Notes: generated by a model not told the origin, from the sequence alone. A stretch of 64,000 nt of DNA from an uncultured delta proteobacterium (GCA_963806225.1 CAWDXG010000004.1:4832001-4896000); one strand, 5' to 3'; shown: positions 48,592-59,674, numbered from the stretch's first letter. Numbers and translations: made by a program.

Positions 48592-51500
48592 TCAGGCCGA
48601 CGTGGCGGACTCGGCGATGCGCGCGTTTTCCGGGATCTGCTCGAGGAAGCTCTTCTGGAGCTCCGTGTCCTCGATGGTCGAAGCGCGCTCGTTGAGCCGC
48701 GTGCGCGCGCGCCCGAGCACCTGCTGCGCGCGGGCCTCCGCCCCCGAGCTCGAGAGCGCGTGTGCGTGAGCGAGCAAGAGCGCCAGCTCGCCGTCCGCGC
48801 GTCCGCCGAGCGAGTCGAGCAGCTCTACGCCCGAAGTGGTGGTGTCGAGCGATTCGTCGGCCTTGCCTTGTGCCAGAAGCACCTCGGCTAGCGTGGCAAT
48901 CGCCTGCGTGCGCACCGGCGGGTAGGGTTCGAGCACCGACACGGCCTGTCGTGCGGTTTCTTCCGCCCGCTCCAGATTGCCTTCCAGAAGCTCGAGCTCC
49001 GCCAGGTGATTCAGCGCGCCGCCGCGCATGCGCTGGTCGCCGTGCTTTTCGAGCAACCGCTCGGCTTCCACGAGCAGCGGGCGCGCCTCGTCGAACCGGC
49101 CGAGCCGCGTCAGGGCGAACCCCAGGTTGTTGCGAGCGCCGGCCAGCACGTTGGGGATGCCGAGCCGATCGGCGTGGCCGAGGACTTCGCTGAGGTGCCG
49201 TTCAGCTTCCCGGTACGCGCCGAGCTCGTTGCTCGCGTGACCGCCGTTGTGACGTTGGATGGTCGCGTTGCGCAGGTCCCCGACTCGCTCGAACGTGTCG
49301 CTCGCCAGCATCGACCAGCACAGGTACTTCTCGATTTCCGTGTGGTATAGCGCGTGCGTTGCCTTGGTCGCGAGCCAGAGCGCCAACGCGGCTGCGTCGC
49401 GATGGGTGAGGGCAGGTGCGATCCGTTCCAGTCTCTCCAGAAGCTGGTCGGCGATCTCGAAGCGGCCGGCCTGTGTGAGCACCACCGCGGCGCGTGAGCC
49501 GCTGACCAGAAGCGGCGTGTTGGGGTTTTCCCAGGCCGACGACTCGAGCAAGAGCCGCGCTATCTCCGCTGCGCGATCGGGTTCGCCTTTCTGCTGGCAC
49601 GCGCTCGCCAGCACGAAGATCGCGCGGTACCAGTCGTCGCTCTGTTCGGGCAGCGAGGCGAAGGCGAGCTCGGAAAGCTGCTCGGCGAGATCGTTCTCGC
49701 CGCGCCACAGGTGGGCTTCTGCTTCGAGGCGCGCCAGCTTGCCGGCGGCGGATCGCGCGAGCCTTCCGGCTCCGGTGTGGTCGTCTTCCGGGAGCAGCGC
49801 CCGGGCCCGCGCGACGGCGTCCAGCGCCGTCCGGAAATCGTTGCCGTCGATCGCCTTCTGGGCTCCCTTCTGCAGATAGGAAAGCGCGCGCTCCGTGTTG
49901 CCGCCGTGCTCGTGATGCGCCGCCAGCGCGAGGATGTCCGGCTCGCCGCTCGTCTCCAGCCACTCGGCTGCGGCCTGGTGCGCTCGGACGCGATCTTCCG
50001 GTGTCAGCATGCCGTAGGCGGCATCGGCGACCAGAGCATGGCGGAACGACAGCTCGCGCTCTCCGTCGAAGCGGCTCGTCGTGCCCTCCGTGATGAGCTC
50101 ACGTTCGGCGAGCAGCTCGATCCAATCGTCGATGTCGTGCCAGTCCTCCGTCTCGCCGAGCAAGAGCGCGACCGGTCTCTGCCAGAAGACCTTGCCGAAT
50201 ACGCTGGCGGCGCGCAGCACGCGCCGGGCGCCGTCCGGCAGGGCTTCAAGCCTTGTTTGCAGCATGGCCAGCACCGTGTCCGGAAGGTGCGTGGCGTCGC
50301 CTTCGCTCACCGCGCGGATCAGCTCTTCGAGAAAGAACGGATTGCCGTCGGCGCGCTCGACGATGGTCGAGACCAGCTGTTCGTCTGCTCCGGGGCCCAA
50401 CGCTTCGACGGCCAGCTTGCGCGCGGCGCGGCGGGTCAGCCCGCCCAGGGTCAGCGTTTTTCCTCCGCCGTGCGACCACAGGCGCGGGAAGCGTTCGTTC
50501 ACTTCAGGGCGAGCCAGCCCGAGCGCCATCAGCGGTTGGGTCTCCGCGGCACGCAGAGCCGCCTCGACGAGCTTCACGCTCGGCAGGTCCGCCCAGTGCA
50601 TATCCTCGATCGCGAGCAGCACCGGTCCCGCGCTGCACTCGGCGAGGATGAAGTCCTCCCAGGCCCACTGGATCTGGTCGTGCATCAGGATCGGGTCGTT
50701 CTGTGCCGCGGCGAAGGCTTCGCTCGGCCGCTCCGGCGGAATCCGCGCAGCTTCTCCAAGGAACTGCAGCGCACGCTCCACGTCGGGCGCTGGAAGCCTG
50801 CGGGCAATGTGCTCACGCAGCCGCTCTCTGGCGGCGCGCGTGGGTTCGCCGTCTCGCACATGGGCGATCCCCCGCAGAAACTGGCCGATCAGCGAGAACG
50901 GGGAGCCCTGGCTGGCGGGCTCGGCGCGGGCGCGCCAGACCCGCGTTTCGGGAGCGTGCTTGCGCAGCCTGCGCAGAAACTCGTAGCGCAGCCGCGACTT
51001 GCCCACGCCCGGCGGACCGGTGACCAGCGTAGCGCACGCCATCGGCTCCCCGATGCAGTCGTCGAGGACGCCCAGCAGGAAGTCGAGCTCGCGCTCCCTG
51101 CCGACCGTGGGCGTGGGCTTTCCGAGTAGAAATCGCGTCGAGTCGGCGCCCGTGCGTTCCCCACCCAGTTCGAGGTGTCCCTCGGGGGTGGGCCCTACCT
51201 TGAAGCGAACATCCAGAAGCCCAGCCGTCGCAGCGTCCACCAGGATCTGCGCCGGCAGGGCTGCGCCCAGCAGCTCGACGGCGCGATCGATGACCTCGCC
51301 CAGCGGCAGCGCGCTGCTGACCACGGCGCGTCCGGTGCCCACGGCGATCGGCGAGCGCGGGAACAGGCGCTGGATGGCGAGGGCCGTACGGGCGGCACCG
51401 GCGGCGAGGTCCGTGGCGCTGCCGACTCCCGCCAGCGTCACGATCACCGAGCCGTCGCGCAGCGGATCGAGCCGTCCCCCTGCCTCGGTTGCTGCTTCGC

Positions 51501-52530
51501 GCAGGCTCGAGAGCGCGCGCTCCAGGCGCTCGCCGTTGCCCTTCCTGCGCGCCAGGCGCGGGCCCGCCCCACCATCCCCCGGCATCGCGGCCGGCTCGTC
51601 TTCGTCCTCGGCGGGCAGCACTCCGCGCGCCAGGACGGCACACGCCACGCGCTGCTCGGCGTCCGTGACGACTTCCGGCGGGCGCGCGGACGCTCGCTCG
51701 GGCACGGCACCGTCGCGGAGGTCGAAGCCGCGCAGCTCGCGCACCACCGCCGCGGCATCCAGCGGGCGCTTTTCGGGATCCTTGGCCAGCATGCGCGCCA
51801 CGAGCTGGTCCAGCGCCCGGGGCAGGTCCCGGCGCAGCTCCCGGATCCGCGGAGGGTCCTCCAGGATCAACTTGGCGAGCACTGCCAGCGGCGCCTTGGC
51901 TGCAAAGGCAGCGCGGCCGGTGAGCCCCTGGTAGAGCAGGCAGCCCAGTGCGAACACGTCCGCGCGACTGTCCACGTCGGGCTCGCCTCGCGCCTGCTCG
52001 GGCGCCATGTACCCGGGCGTGCCCAGCACCGCGCCGGTGAGCGTGACGAAACCGTCCGGATCGAACACGCGCGCGACCCCGAAATCGAGGAGCTTGGCTC
52101 GTCCCACCTCGGCTTCGACCAGGAGCACGTTCCCGGGCTTGATGTCGCGGTGGACGATGCCCTTCTGGTGCGCGAGCGACAGCGCGTCGGCGAGCCGCAT
52201 GACGAGGCCGACTGCCTCGTTCGGGGCGAGCGCGCCGCGGCGCAGGCGTCGCGACAGGGTCTCGCCCTCCAGCCACTCCATTGCCAGGTACAGGCCGGCT
52301 CCCGGGACCGGGCCGTGATCCAGATAGCGGACGATGGCTGGATGCCTCAGGCCGGCGAGCACCCGGGCTTCTCGGAGAAAGCGCTCGGGATCGGCGCTCT
52401 TCTGGATCAGCTTCAGTGCGACCGCGCGACCGCTGTCGAGCGCCCGCGCGCGGTAGACCATCGCCGTTCCACCGGAGCCGGCGAGCTCTTTCAGCTCGAA
52501 GCGACCGGCGATCACATCTCCAACGCGCAC
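48592..52530 (-). CDS. Ser/Thr protein kinase with degenerate cyclase-like region, AAA ATPase and TPR repeats
   Basis: HRDIKPGN, DFG, GTPGYMAPEQ; VGRERE, GPPGVGKSRL, EDMHWAD, GNPFFLEE. Confidence 0.92.
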   Translation of the reverse strand: MRVGDVIAGRFELKELAGSGGTAMVYRARALDSGRAVALKLIQKSADPERFLREARVLAGLRHPAIVRYLDHGPVPGAGLYLAMEWLEGETLSRRLRRGALAPNEAVGLVMRLADALSLAHQKGIVHRDIKPGNVLLVEAEVGRAKLLDFGVARVFDPDGFVTLTGAVLGTPGYMAPEQARGEPDVDSRADVFALGCLLYQGLTGRAAFAAKAPLAVLAKLILEDPPRIRELRRDLPRALDQLVARMLAKDPEKRPLDAAAVVRELRGFDLRDGAVPERASARPPEVVTDAEQRVACAVLARGVLPAEDEDEPAAMPGDGGAGPRLARRKGNGERLERALSSLREAATEAGGRLDPLRDGSVIVTLAGVGSATDLAAGAARTALAIQRLFPRSPIAVGTGRAVVSSALPLGEVIDRAVELLGAALPAQILVDAATAGLLDVRFKVGPTPEGHLELGGERTGADSTRFLLGKPTPTVGRERELDFLLGVLDDCIGEPMACATLVTGPPGVGKSRLRYEFLRRLRKHAPETRVWRARAEPASQGSPFSLIGQFLRGIAHVRDGEPTRAARERLREHIARRLPAPDVERALQFLGEAARIPPERPSEAFAAAQNDPILMHDQIQWAWEDFILAECSAGPVLLAIEDMHWADLPSVKLVEAALRAAETQPLMALGLARPEVNERFPRLWSHGGGKTLTLGGLTRRAARKLAVEALGPGADEQLVSTIVERADGNPFFLEELIRAVSEGDATHLPDTVLAMLQTRLEALPDGARRVLRAASVFGKVFWQRPVALLLGETEDWHDIDDWIELLAERELITEGTTSRFDGERELSFRHALVADAAYGMLTPEDRVRAHQAAAEWLETSGEPDILALAAHHEHGGNTERALSYLQKGAQKAIDGNDFRTALDAVARARALLPEDDHTGAGRLARSAAGKLARLEAEAHLWRGENDLAEQLSELAFASLPEQSDDWYRAIFVLASACQQKGEPDRAAEIARLLLESSAWENPNTPLLVSGSRAAVVLTQAGRFEIADQLLERLERIAPALTHRDAAALALWLATKATHALYHTEIEKYLCWSMLASDTFERVGDLRNATIQRHNGGHASNELGAYREAERHLSEVLGHADRLGIPNVLAGARNNLGFALTRLGRFDEARPLLVEAERLLEKHGDQRMRGGALNHLAELELLEGNLERAEETARQAVSVLEPYPPVRTQAIATLAEVLLAQGKADESLDTTTSGVELLDSLGGRADGELALLLAHAHALSSSGAEARAQQVLGRARTRLNERASTIEDTELQKSFLEQIPENARIAESATSA

Positions 52531-52716
52531 GCGACCATGATAGTCGGCCGGGTCCGGCGTGGCTGCCAGGTCGAAGGGCGGGGGGGCCGGCCGCTGCCGG
52601 ATTTGGGCCTGTATCCGGATGGTTGCATCGACACGCGGCGAGCGCGCCCGGCGCCGGGTGGCGCTCGGGTGACAGGCGGGTGCGCGTTCGTCGAATCGAG
52701 CTAGTATCGCCGCGCT

Positions 52717-54699
52717 TTGCAGGACGCCGACGCGCGACAGCTTGCGGAGGACAGCGCTCTTTCCGGGGAAAGTCTGCGTCCCCGCGTGGAGGCCGAGGAG
52801 CCGGCGCGGGTCGCGTCGCTGCGCCGGGTAGTCCGGCGCCGGCGCTGGTTGGGCTGGGTCCTGTTGATCCTGCCGGCGGTCGCGGCAGTCGCGCTCGACT
52901 TCCTGAGGCGTTGGGGGCGCCTCGACGAGCTCGGCTGGACCTACCGTCTCGACTACGCCGCGGCGGTGCTGGAGAGCACGCTGGTCTGGGCCACGCTGCT
53001 GTACGCCGCGGCGCGCCGCTCGGGCGCGTGGCGCTGGGTGGCGGCAGCGCTGTTCGTGCTGGGCATCACCTTCTCGTTCGGGGGTCAGGAGTACTTCTTC
53101 GAACAGTACAACGCCTACCTGAACGTCGACGTGTCGGTGTTCGCGTCCAACCTGATGGACAGCGTCATGAACCAGCTGTTCGCCGACATCGGGACGTATC
53201 TCAAAGCCAACCTGCCGCCCTTCCTCGGCGCGCTGGCCCTCTTGTGGATCGCGCGGCGCACGCTGCGCCCGCGTCGCCGCCCGGCGCGCGTGATGGGTGT
53301 GGTCGCGCCGCTGATGCTGGTGGCGGCCTTCTTCATCCCCACGCAGCACCGCGAGCTGCAGGCGTGCACGCCGGACGTGCTCTATCTCAATGCCGTCGGC
53401 GGGCTGATCCGCACGCAACTCGGCTACACCGACCAGTCGCACCAGCTGCGTCCGAAGGTGCGGCACTCGCTGCCCGTCCCGCACCTCGCCGCGCACCCCG
53501 CGCGGCGCCGCAACGTGCTGTTCCTGCTGCTGGAGAGCGTGCGTGCGGACGCGACCTGTGTCGAATACGACCCCGACTGCAAGCGTACGGAGGCGAGCAA
53601 CCTGCTCTTGCCGCACCGCTATCCGCTGACCCAGATGCGCTCGCTCGACTCCACCACGGCCATCTCGCTTTCGGTGCTGTGGTCCGGGACTGGTCCCGAG
53701 GCGTCGCGGAAGATCATGCACACCTGGCCGCTGATCTTCGACTACGCGCGAGCCGCCGGCTACGACACCGCGTACTGGACCAGCCAGAACATGATGTTCG
53801 GCAATGCGCGCCTGTACGTGAAGAACCTCGGCGTGAACCACTTCTTCACGGCGACCGATCTGGATCCCACCGCGGATCTGGACATGGGCGCTCCGGAGGG
53901 GCTGTTCGCCAAGCGCGTCGACCGCGACCTCGACAAGCTCCACGAGCCGTGGATGGCGGTCGTGCACTTCTCGAACGTGCACTACCCCTACTACGTCGAC
54001 AAGAAGCTGCCCCAGCCGTTCCAGCCTGCGACCACCAGCAAGGCGCCCGAGAAGAACCCTTCTTTCAAGCGCTACTACCAGAACTCGGTCTACCAGCAGG
54101 ATCTGCATCTGGCGGATATCGTCCGGCACTTCAGAGCGACGCCGGCGGGCCGCCGTACGGTCATCGTCTACACCAGCGATCACGGCGAGGCGTTCCGCGA
54201 GCACGGCCAGATGGGCCACACCTTCAGCGTGCTCGACGAGGAAGTGCACGTGCCCGGTTTCATCGACGCGCCGCCGGGTACGCTCGACGCCAGCGAGCAG
54301 AAGGCGCTTGAACAGAAGGAACACGCTTTCGTCTTCCACGTCGACATCGCGCCGACGATCCTCGACTTGATGGGCGTGTGGGACGATCCCGCCATCGCGA
54401 AGTACCGGACCCGCATGACCGGTCACAGCCTGCTCCGCCCCGCGCTCACCACGAAGGCGCTGGCGATGACGAACTGCGGCGGCGTGTGGAGCTGCGCATT
54501 CGAGAACTGGGGCTACATCCAGGGCCACATCAAGCTCGAGGCCCGCGCGTGGGACACGCAGTGGCATTGCTACGATCTGGCGAGCGATCCGTTCGAGAAG
54601 TTCGAGCTCGGCATGACGAACCCCGTCTGCCGCAGCCTGCGCGACAGGGCCATGCGAAAGTTCGGGCGTCTGCCCGGCAAGAAGAAGGGCGACAGGTAG
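52717..54699 (+). CDS. LTA-synthase/sulfatase-like membrane transferase
   Basis: N-terminal TM helices; NVLFLLLESVRAD, HYPY, TSDHGEAF, HVDIAPTILDL. Confidence 0.85.
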   Translation: MQDADARQLAEDSALSGESLRPRVEAEEPARVASLRRVVRRRRWLGWVLLILPAVAAVALDFLRRWGRLDELGWTYRLDYAAAVLESTLVWATLLYAAARRSGAWRWVAAALFVLGITFSFGGQEYFFEQYNAYLNVDVSVFASNLMDSVMNQLFADIGTYLKANLPPFLGALALLWIARRTLRPRRRPARVMGVVAPLMLVAAFFIPTQHRELQACTPDVLYLNAVGGLIRTQLGYTDQSHQLRPKVRHSLPVPHLAAHPARRRNVLFLLLESVRADATCVEYDPDCKRTEASNLLLPHRYPLTQMRSLDSTTAISLSVLWSGTGPEASRKIMHTWPLIFDYARAAGYDTAYWTSQNMMFGNARLYVKNLGVNHFFTATDLDPTADLDMGAPEGLFAKRVDRDLDKLHEPWMAVVHFSNVHYPYYVDKKLPQPFQPATTSKAPEKNPSFKRYYQNSVYQQDLHLADIVRHFRATPAGRRTVIVYTSDHGEAFREHGQMGHTFSVLDEEVHVPGFIDAPPGTLDASEQKALEQKEHAFVFHVDIAPTILDLMGVWDDPAIAKYRTRMTGHSLLRPALTTKALAMTNCGGVWSCAFENWGYIQGHIKLEARAWDTQWHCYDLASDPFEKFELGMTNPVCRSLRDRAMRKFGRLPGKKKGDR

Positions 54700-54754
54700 G
54701 TAGCGACGACCGGCGGGGGTGCCCGCCCGCGGCCGTTTGATCTATTCTTGGAGG

Positions 54755-56059
54755 ATGGGTGCCCGCGCGTTGCTGCTTCCGGCGTTGACCGCCGTCGCGA
54801 TCGCGGGGGGATGCGCGGCAGGCAGCACCGGCGGTTCGCCGTTCGTGCCGTCCGGAGGCGCCGGTGGCAGCGCGAGCGCCGACGCTTCCGGTGACGGAGG
54901 GGCCGGGGGCAATGCAGCGGCCGGCAGCGGGGGCAGCGGGGGCAGCCTCGCCGATGCCTCCCTCGACGTGGGCTCCGCCGGCTCCGGCTTCAACCCCGAT
55001 TCCGGCTGCGCCACCTCCACGCAGACGGCCGAGGTCGACAAGCTGCCGGTCGACATCATCTGGGTCGTCGACAACTCGGTGAGCATGAAGCCCGCGGTCG
55101 ATGCGGTGACGCAGGGCCTCAACAAATTCGCCCAGCTGATCGCATCGAAGAACCTCGACTACCGGGTCATCATGCTGTCGCTGCGCGGCAACGGTCAGAT
55201 GACCGTCAACGGCGGCACGCGCTACGCCGTGTGCATTCCGCCGCCGCTGGGTGGCGCCAGCTGCGCGGACAACCCGCCGGTGTTCTACCAGTCCAGCATC
55301 GACATCCGGAGCACGCAGCCGCTCGAGCAGTTCCTGGGCACGCTCGGCCAGACCAGCGGCTACCAGCAGGGAGAGAGCAAGGGGGGCGACCCGTGGAAGC
55401 AGTGGCTACGCCCCAACGCGACCAAGACCATCGTCGATGTCACGGACGACAACTCGCGCCTCGACGCCAACCAGTTCGAGCATTTCGCGGGCGGGAAGGA
55501 CCCGTGGAACTCCACCACGCTGCCGCCCGGCATCCTCGACGCGAGCTGGAACGGGCTGTTCAACGGCTACGTGTTCGACGCGCTGTACGGCTGGGGCTCG
55601 GCCACCGACCCCACCGTCAAGTGCACCTATCCCGACAAGAGCACGCCGCCGAGCTCCGGCCCCACGTATACCGATCTAGTCAAGAAGACGGGCGGGGTGC
55701 GCGCCAGGATCTGCGACGACCCCACCACCTGGGTTCCCTTCTTCAACCAGGTCGCGCAAGCCGTCGTGAAGGCCTCCAAGATCAGCTGCGAGCTCGGGAT
55801 CCCCACGCCCGAGGCCGGCACGCTCGACCCCGGCAAGGTGAACGTCCAGCTCGACAGCCAGGGCAACACGCAGCTCCTGTACAAGGTCAAGGACGCCAGC
55901 GCCTGCGGCACCAGCGGCGGCTGGTACTACGATAACGACACGAGCCCCACGAAGGTCATCCTCTGCCCCGTGTCCTGCGACCAGGCCCAGCAGCAGGTGC
56001 AGTCCACCGGCAACGCCACCCTGAGCGTCGTGTTCGGCTGTACGACGATCATCAAGTAG
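54755..56059 (+). CDS. vWA-domain lipoprotein
   Basis: Lipobox AGGC; DIIWVVDNSVSM MIDAS motif, VTDD; GWYYDN..P..V.LCP.SC tail. Confidence 0.85.
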   Translation: MGARALLLPALTAVAIAGGCAAGSTGGSPFVPSGGAGGSASADASGDGGAGGNAAAGSGGSGGSLADASLDVGSAGSGFNPDSGCATSTQTAEVDKLPVDIIWVVDNSVSMKPAVDAVTQGLNKFAQLIASKNLDYRVIMLSLRGNGQMTVNGGTRYAVCIPPPLGGASCADNPPVFYQSSIDIRSTQPLEQFLGTLGQTSGYQQGESKGGDPWKQWLRPNATKTIVDVTDDNSRLDANQFEHFAGGKDPWNSTTLPPGILDASWNGLFNGYVFDALYGWGSATDPTVKCTYPDKSTPPSSGPTYTDLVKKTGGVRARICDDPTTWVPFFNQVAQAVVKASKISCELGIPTPEAGTLDPGKVNVQLDSQGNTQLLYKVKDASACGTSGGWYYDNDTSPTKVILCPVSCDQAQQQVQSTGNATLSVVFGCTTIIK

Positions 56060-56098
56060 CGCACGCTTCCCGTCGCGAGAGCGCGCACGGCTGTCCGC

Positions 56099-57055
56099 TC
56101 AGCTCAGCTCGAGCATGCGATCGATGGGCAGCTTTGCCCGCTTTCTGAGCTCCTCGTCCATCTCGATGCGCGGCTGGAGATCGCGCAGCGCCAGGTAGAT
56201 CTTCTCCGGCGTGTTCAGCCGCATGAAGGGGCACTCGTTGCAGGCGCAGTTGCCCTCGGGCGGCGCCGCGATGAGCGTCTTGCCGGCGGCCTTCTTCTCC
56301 ATCTGGTGCAGGATGCCGGGCTCGGTCGCGACGATGAACTCCTTGCTGTTGTCGTTCTCGACGAAGCGGAGCAGCGACGTGGTCGAGCCGATGAAGTCGG
56401 CCATGTCGAGGATGGCCGACTCGCACTCCGGATGCGCCACGATCTTCGCCTCCGGGTGCTCCTGCTTCAGGGCCAGGAGCTTCCGCTGGCTGAACGTCTC
56501 GTGGACGATACAGCTGCCGTGCCACAGCACCATGTCGCGTCCGGTCTGCTTGATCAGATAGCGACCGAGGTTCTGGTCTGGAGCGAACAGGATCTGCTTG
56601 TCCTTCGGGACCGCGTCCACGATCTTCTTCGCGTTGCTGGAGGTGCAGATGTAGTCGCTCTCGGCTTTGATGGCGGCCGAGCAGTTGATGTAGCTGATGA
56701 CCACAGCGTCCGGATAGCGCGCCTTCCACGCCCGGAATGCCACCGGTTGGCAGCCGTCGGCGAGCGAGCAGCCGGCGTCCATGTCCGGCACCACCACGAT
56801 GCGCTCGGGATTGAGGATCTTCGCGACCTCGGCCATGAAGTGCACGCCGGCGAAGACGATCACGTCCGCCTGCGTCTTTTTCGCTTCCTGCGCCAGCTGC
56901 AGCGAGTCGCCGATGAAGTCGGCCAGATCCTGGATCTCGCTCTCCTGGTAGTAGTGCGCCAGCAGGACGGCGTTCCGTTCCTTCTTCAGGCGCAGGATTT
57001 CCTCGTCGATATCGAGAGAAGCGAGATCGGGCCCGGCGACGGCGGCGGTGGTCAT
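56099..57055 (-). CDS. nadA: Quinolinate synthase A
   Basis: LAHYYQ, GDSL, GVHFMAE, AGCSLA, CTSSNA, CIVH, AHPEC, CPFM. Confidence 0.96.
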   Translation of the reverse strand: MTTAAVAGPDLASLDIDEEILRLKKERNAVLLAHYYQESEIQDLADFIGDSLQLAQEAKKTQADVIVFAGVHFMAEVAKILNPERIVVVPDMDAGCSLADGCQPVAFRAWKARYPDAVVISYINCSAAIKAESDYICTSSNAKKIVDAVPKDKQILFAPDQNLGRYLIKQTGRDMVLWHGSCIVHETFSQRKLLALKQEHPEAKIVAHPECESAILDMADFIGSTTSLLRFVENDNSKEFIVATEPGILHQMEKKAAGKTLIAAPPEGNCACNECPFMRLNTPEKIYLALRDLQPRIEMDEELRKRAKLPIDRMLELS

Positions 57056-57066
57056 GGTCGAGCGAT

Positions 57067-57981
57067 CTATAGGGCGGAAGCCGGGCTCCTACCAGGGCGT
57101 GCCGCACCGTCGCTCTTCGCCGCTCCCGCCGACTGCACGCGCAGCGGACCGCTCTCGTCTTCCTGCCGGTGGTAGGTCACCTGGCGCGGGAACGGGATCT
57201 CCACGCCGGCCGCGTCGAAGGCCGCCTTGACCCGCTGCCGGAGCTCGCGCTCCGCCGCGAAGTGGTTCGGCGCCGTGACCTTGATGACCAGCCTCACGCC
57301 CACGTCGGAGGCGTTCAGCCCGAGTAGGCCCTGGGCCTCGGGCGGCTCGAGCACGAGATCCTCGTTCTCCTTGGCCCAGGCGTCGCCCACTTCCTTCAGC
57401 ACCTTGAGCCCCTTGGCGGTGTCCTGTTCGTAGGCGAGCCCCACCTCGACCACCGCCCGCGTCCACTCGCGGCTGAAGTTGCCGACGGTGGCGATCTGCC
57501 CGTTGTGCACGTACCAGAGCTGGCCGCTGAAGGCGCGGATCGTCGTGACGCGCAGGCCCACCGACTCCACCACGCCGACCGCGCCGCCGCCCACGTCCGC
57601 GATGTCGCCCTCGGCGATCGCGCCGTCGAAGATCAGGAAGAAGCCGCTGATGACGTCCTTGACCAGCGACTGCGCGCCGAAGCCCACGGCCAGGCCGAGC
57701 ACGCCGGCGCCGGCGATCAGCGTCGTCACGTTCACGCCGATCTGGTCGAGAGCGGTGATGACTCCGATGACCAGCACGATGGTGCGGACCACTGTGTGGG
57801 TCACGCCCGCGAGCGCTTCGGTCCGGCCGCCGCGCCTGCGCAGCCGGCGCTCCGCCCAGCGCCCCAGGCCGCCCCCGAGGAGCGCCGCCACCAGCAGGAT
57901 TGCCAGCGCTGCGGCAGCATGAAGAGAAAGCTCGACCCAGTGCGCCTGCAAGTATGCGACGCCCTTCGACACCCATCCCAT
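57067..57981 (-). CDS. mscS: Small-conductance mechanosensitive channel family protein
   Basis: [31 protein letters not shown]. Confidence 0.9.
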   Translation of the reverse strand: MGWVSKGVAYLQAHWVELSLHAAAALAILLVAALLGGGLGRWAERRLRRRGGRTEALAGVTHTVVRTIVLVIGVITALDQIGVNVTTLIAGAGVLGLAVGFGAQSLVKDVISGFFLIFDGAIAEGDIADVGGGAVGVVESVGLRVTTIRAFSGQLWYVHNGQIATVGNFSREWTRAVVEVGLAYEQDTAKGLKVLKEVGDAWAKENEDLVLEPPEAQGLLGLNASDVGVRLVIKVTAPNHFAAERELRQRVKAAFDAAGVEIPFPRQVTYHRQEDESGPLRVQSAGAAKSDGAARPGRSPASAL

Positions 57982-58118
57982 GCGTGACAGTTAGGTATCC
58001 GCCTACATGGATGCAAGCGTGGGGCAAGGTGACGAGAGGTGGGACAAGATGCCACAATGCAAACGATTTCCGGTAGTTAAGCCTTGATCAGCGCGACTGG
58101 GCAGCGCATGGTAGAAAC

Positions 58119-58562
58119 GTGGTGCGCGCACGTTGTCTAGTCGTCGGGTTGGCAGTAGCCACCTTCGCGCTTCCGGCTTTCGCCGAGGGGCCGGCCCACA
58201 AGACTGCCAAGGCGCCCGTTGCTCCGTCTGCCAAGGCGACCGGGCTGTCCTCCGCTTTCGAGGCTTCGGTCGCGCTGGTCGCGGCAGAGCAGCCGGCGAA
58301 GGCGGAGGAGAGCCGGCTGCCGGCGAAGGCCCGGCACCTGCCGGCGCCGAAAAGCTGCTCGGTCGGCTCGAGCTGCAGCTACCACAAGATGCTCGCCTAT
58401 CTGGTGATCACCCGCGACTTCCAGGTGCCCGGCGCGCCCGACATGGCCGTCCGCCTGCTGCCGACCTCCAGCGCCCTGGCCGGCGACAGCCACTCGCGCA
58501 TCGTCGTCAGGCCGCGCCTCAAGAACAGCAGCTACGGCGTCGACGTAGCCGCGCGCTTCTAG
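58119..58562 (+). CDS. Hypothetical secreted protein
   Basis: Signal peptide; terminal Phe (YGVDVAARF). Confidence 0.55.
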   Translation: MVRARCLVVGLAVATFALPAFAEGPAHKTAKAPVAPSAKATGLSSAFEASVALVAAEQPAKAEESRLPAKARHLPAPKSCSVGSSCSYHKMLAYLVITRDFQVPGAPDMAVRLLPTSSALAGDSHSRIVVRPRLKNSSYGVDVAARF

Positions 58563-58636
58563 CCGGCCTTTCTACAGGGGCGCACCCCACCAGGTCCCGG
58601 AGCAGGCGCGCCCTGCCCGTCCCCGCAGCCCACTGT

Positions 58637-58682
58637 GATATGTAGCAAAATGTCACATATATGTGACATTTTGCTACATATC
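58637..58682. repeat. Perfect 46-bp AT-rich palindrome with no spacer
   Basis: GATATGTAGCAAAATGTCACATA|TATGTGACATTTTGCTACATATC; 23 of 23 positions complementary. Confidence 0.97.
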
Positions 58683-59674
58683 TACTCCGTCGGGGCCTTG
58701 TCGATGCTGGGGACGGCCTTCGCGAAGCGCTCGGCGAACTCCTCGGCGCTCTTCGCCGTCGACAGATCCAGCTCGAAGTCGGGCCGCTCGTCGGGGCCGA
58801 GCTTGTCCACGAGCTCACGCACCTCGCGCTTGCTGAGGCCGAGCTCCGCCAGCGCGCCGGCGTCGAGCGACGTGCCGTCGCGCGAAGCGACGCTGTCCGC
58901 CGACGCACTGACGAGGCGGCGCACGGCGTCGAGCTCCATGCGGCTCATGCGCGTGCCGCACACGTCGTAGTCGATCCACGCCTCGTAGCTCTGCGGCGCG
59001 ACGCGCTTGAGCATGCCCGCCATCACGCGCCCGTACTCCTGGATCTCCCACTGCGCATGCGCGTCGACACGCAGCTTGAGGAAGTGCAGAAGGTTGTGCA
59101 GATCGATCTTCCAGTACCACTGCGTATAGGTCGAAAGCGGCAGATCGATACGCGCCAGCTCGCGCGCCACGTCGTGCGACGTCATCCACTCGTACGCGCT
59201 CGCGCTCTCCTTGCGGATGCGCTCCCAGCGCTCGAGCGCCTCGCGGTACATCGCATCGTCCACCGGCTGCCCGCTCCGCCCCTGGTTGTTCTGCCGGCTC
59301 TGCGTCTGCAGCTGCTCGGCCGTGGGCGTGTGGAAGAGCATGGGCATCAATGAATACCTCCCTGAGTACTCGTTGACGCTGGCCGTTCTGTGACGAATCC
59401 ACTGGCGCGCGATGAACATCGGCATGCAGCAGTGGAACTTGAGCTCGACCATCTCGCTGGGCGTGGTGTGCAGGTGGCGGCGTAGGTAGCGGAGCAGGCC
59501 GCGGGTCTGGCTGGCCTTGCGCGTGCCGTAGCCGTAGCTAACGCGGGCGGCGCGCTCGATGCACTCGTCGGTGCCCATGTAGTCGACGAGCGAGACGAAG
59601 CCGTGATCGAGCACGGGAAAGTACAGGCCGAGGATCTCCTCGGCGCCGGGTGACGTCGGTCGCTTCGAGCTCAC
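58682..59674 (-). CDS. thyX: FAD-dependent thymidylate synthase
   Basis: DHGFVSLVDYMG, AARVSY, RQWIRHRTASVNEYSGRY, ARELAR, HAQWEI; GTG start overlaps the asd stop. Confidence 0.96.
   Translation of the reverse strand: MSSKRPTSPGAEEILGLYFPVLDHGFVSLVDYMGTDECIERAARVSYGYGTRKASQTRGLLRYLRRHLHTTPSEMVELKFHCCMPMFIARQWIRHRTASVNEYSGRYSLMPMLFHTPTAEQLQTQSRQNNQGRSGQPVDDAMYREALERWERIRKESASAYEWMTSHDVARELARIDLPLSTYTQWYWKIDLHNLLHFLKLRVDAHAQWEIQEYGRVMAGMLKRVAPQSYEAWIDYDVCGTRMSRMELDAVRRLVSASADSVASRDGTSLDAGALAELGLSKREVRELVDKLGPDERPDFELDLSTAKSAEEFAERFAKAVPSIDKAPTE

Noticed and set aside
48592..54567. 1991-aa ORF as one giant protein
   Set aside because: The portion above 52530 is antisense to the sulfatase-like gene; the kinase starts at ~52530.
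58637..58682. Palindrome as a dif site, NrdR box or CRP site
   Set aside because: No XerD arm (TTATGTTAAAT-like); CAC-N6-GTG spacing does not fit NrdR; the TGTGA half-sites are inverted relative to CRP.
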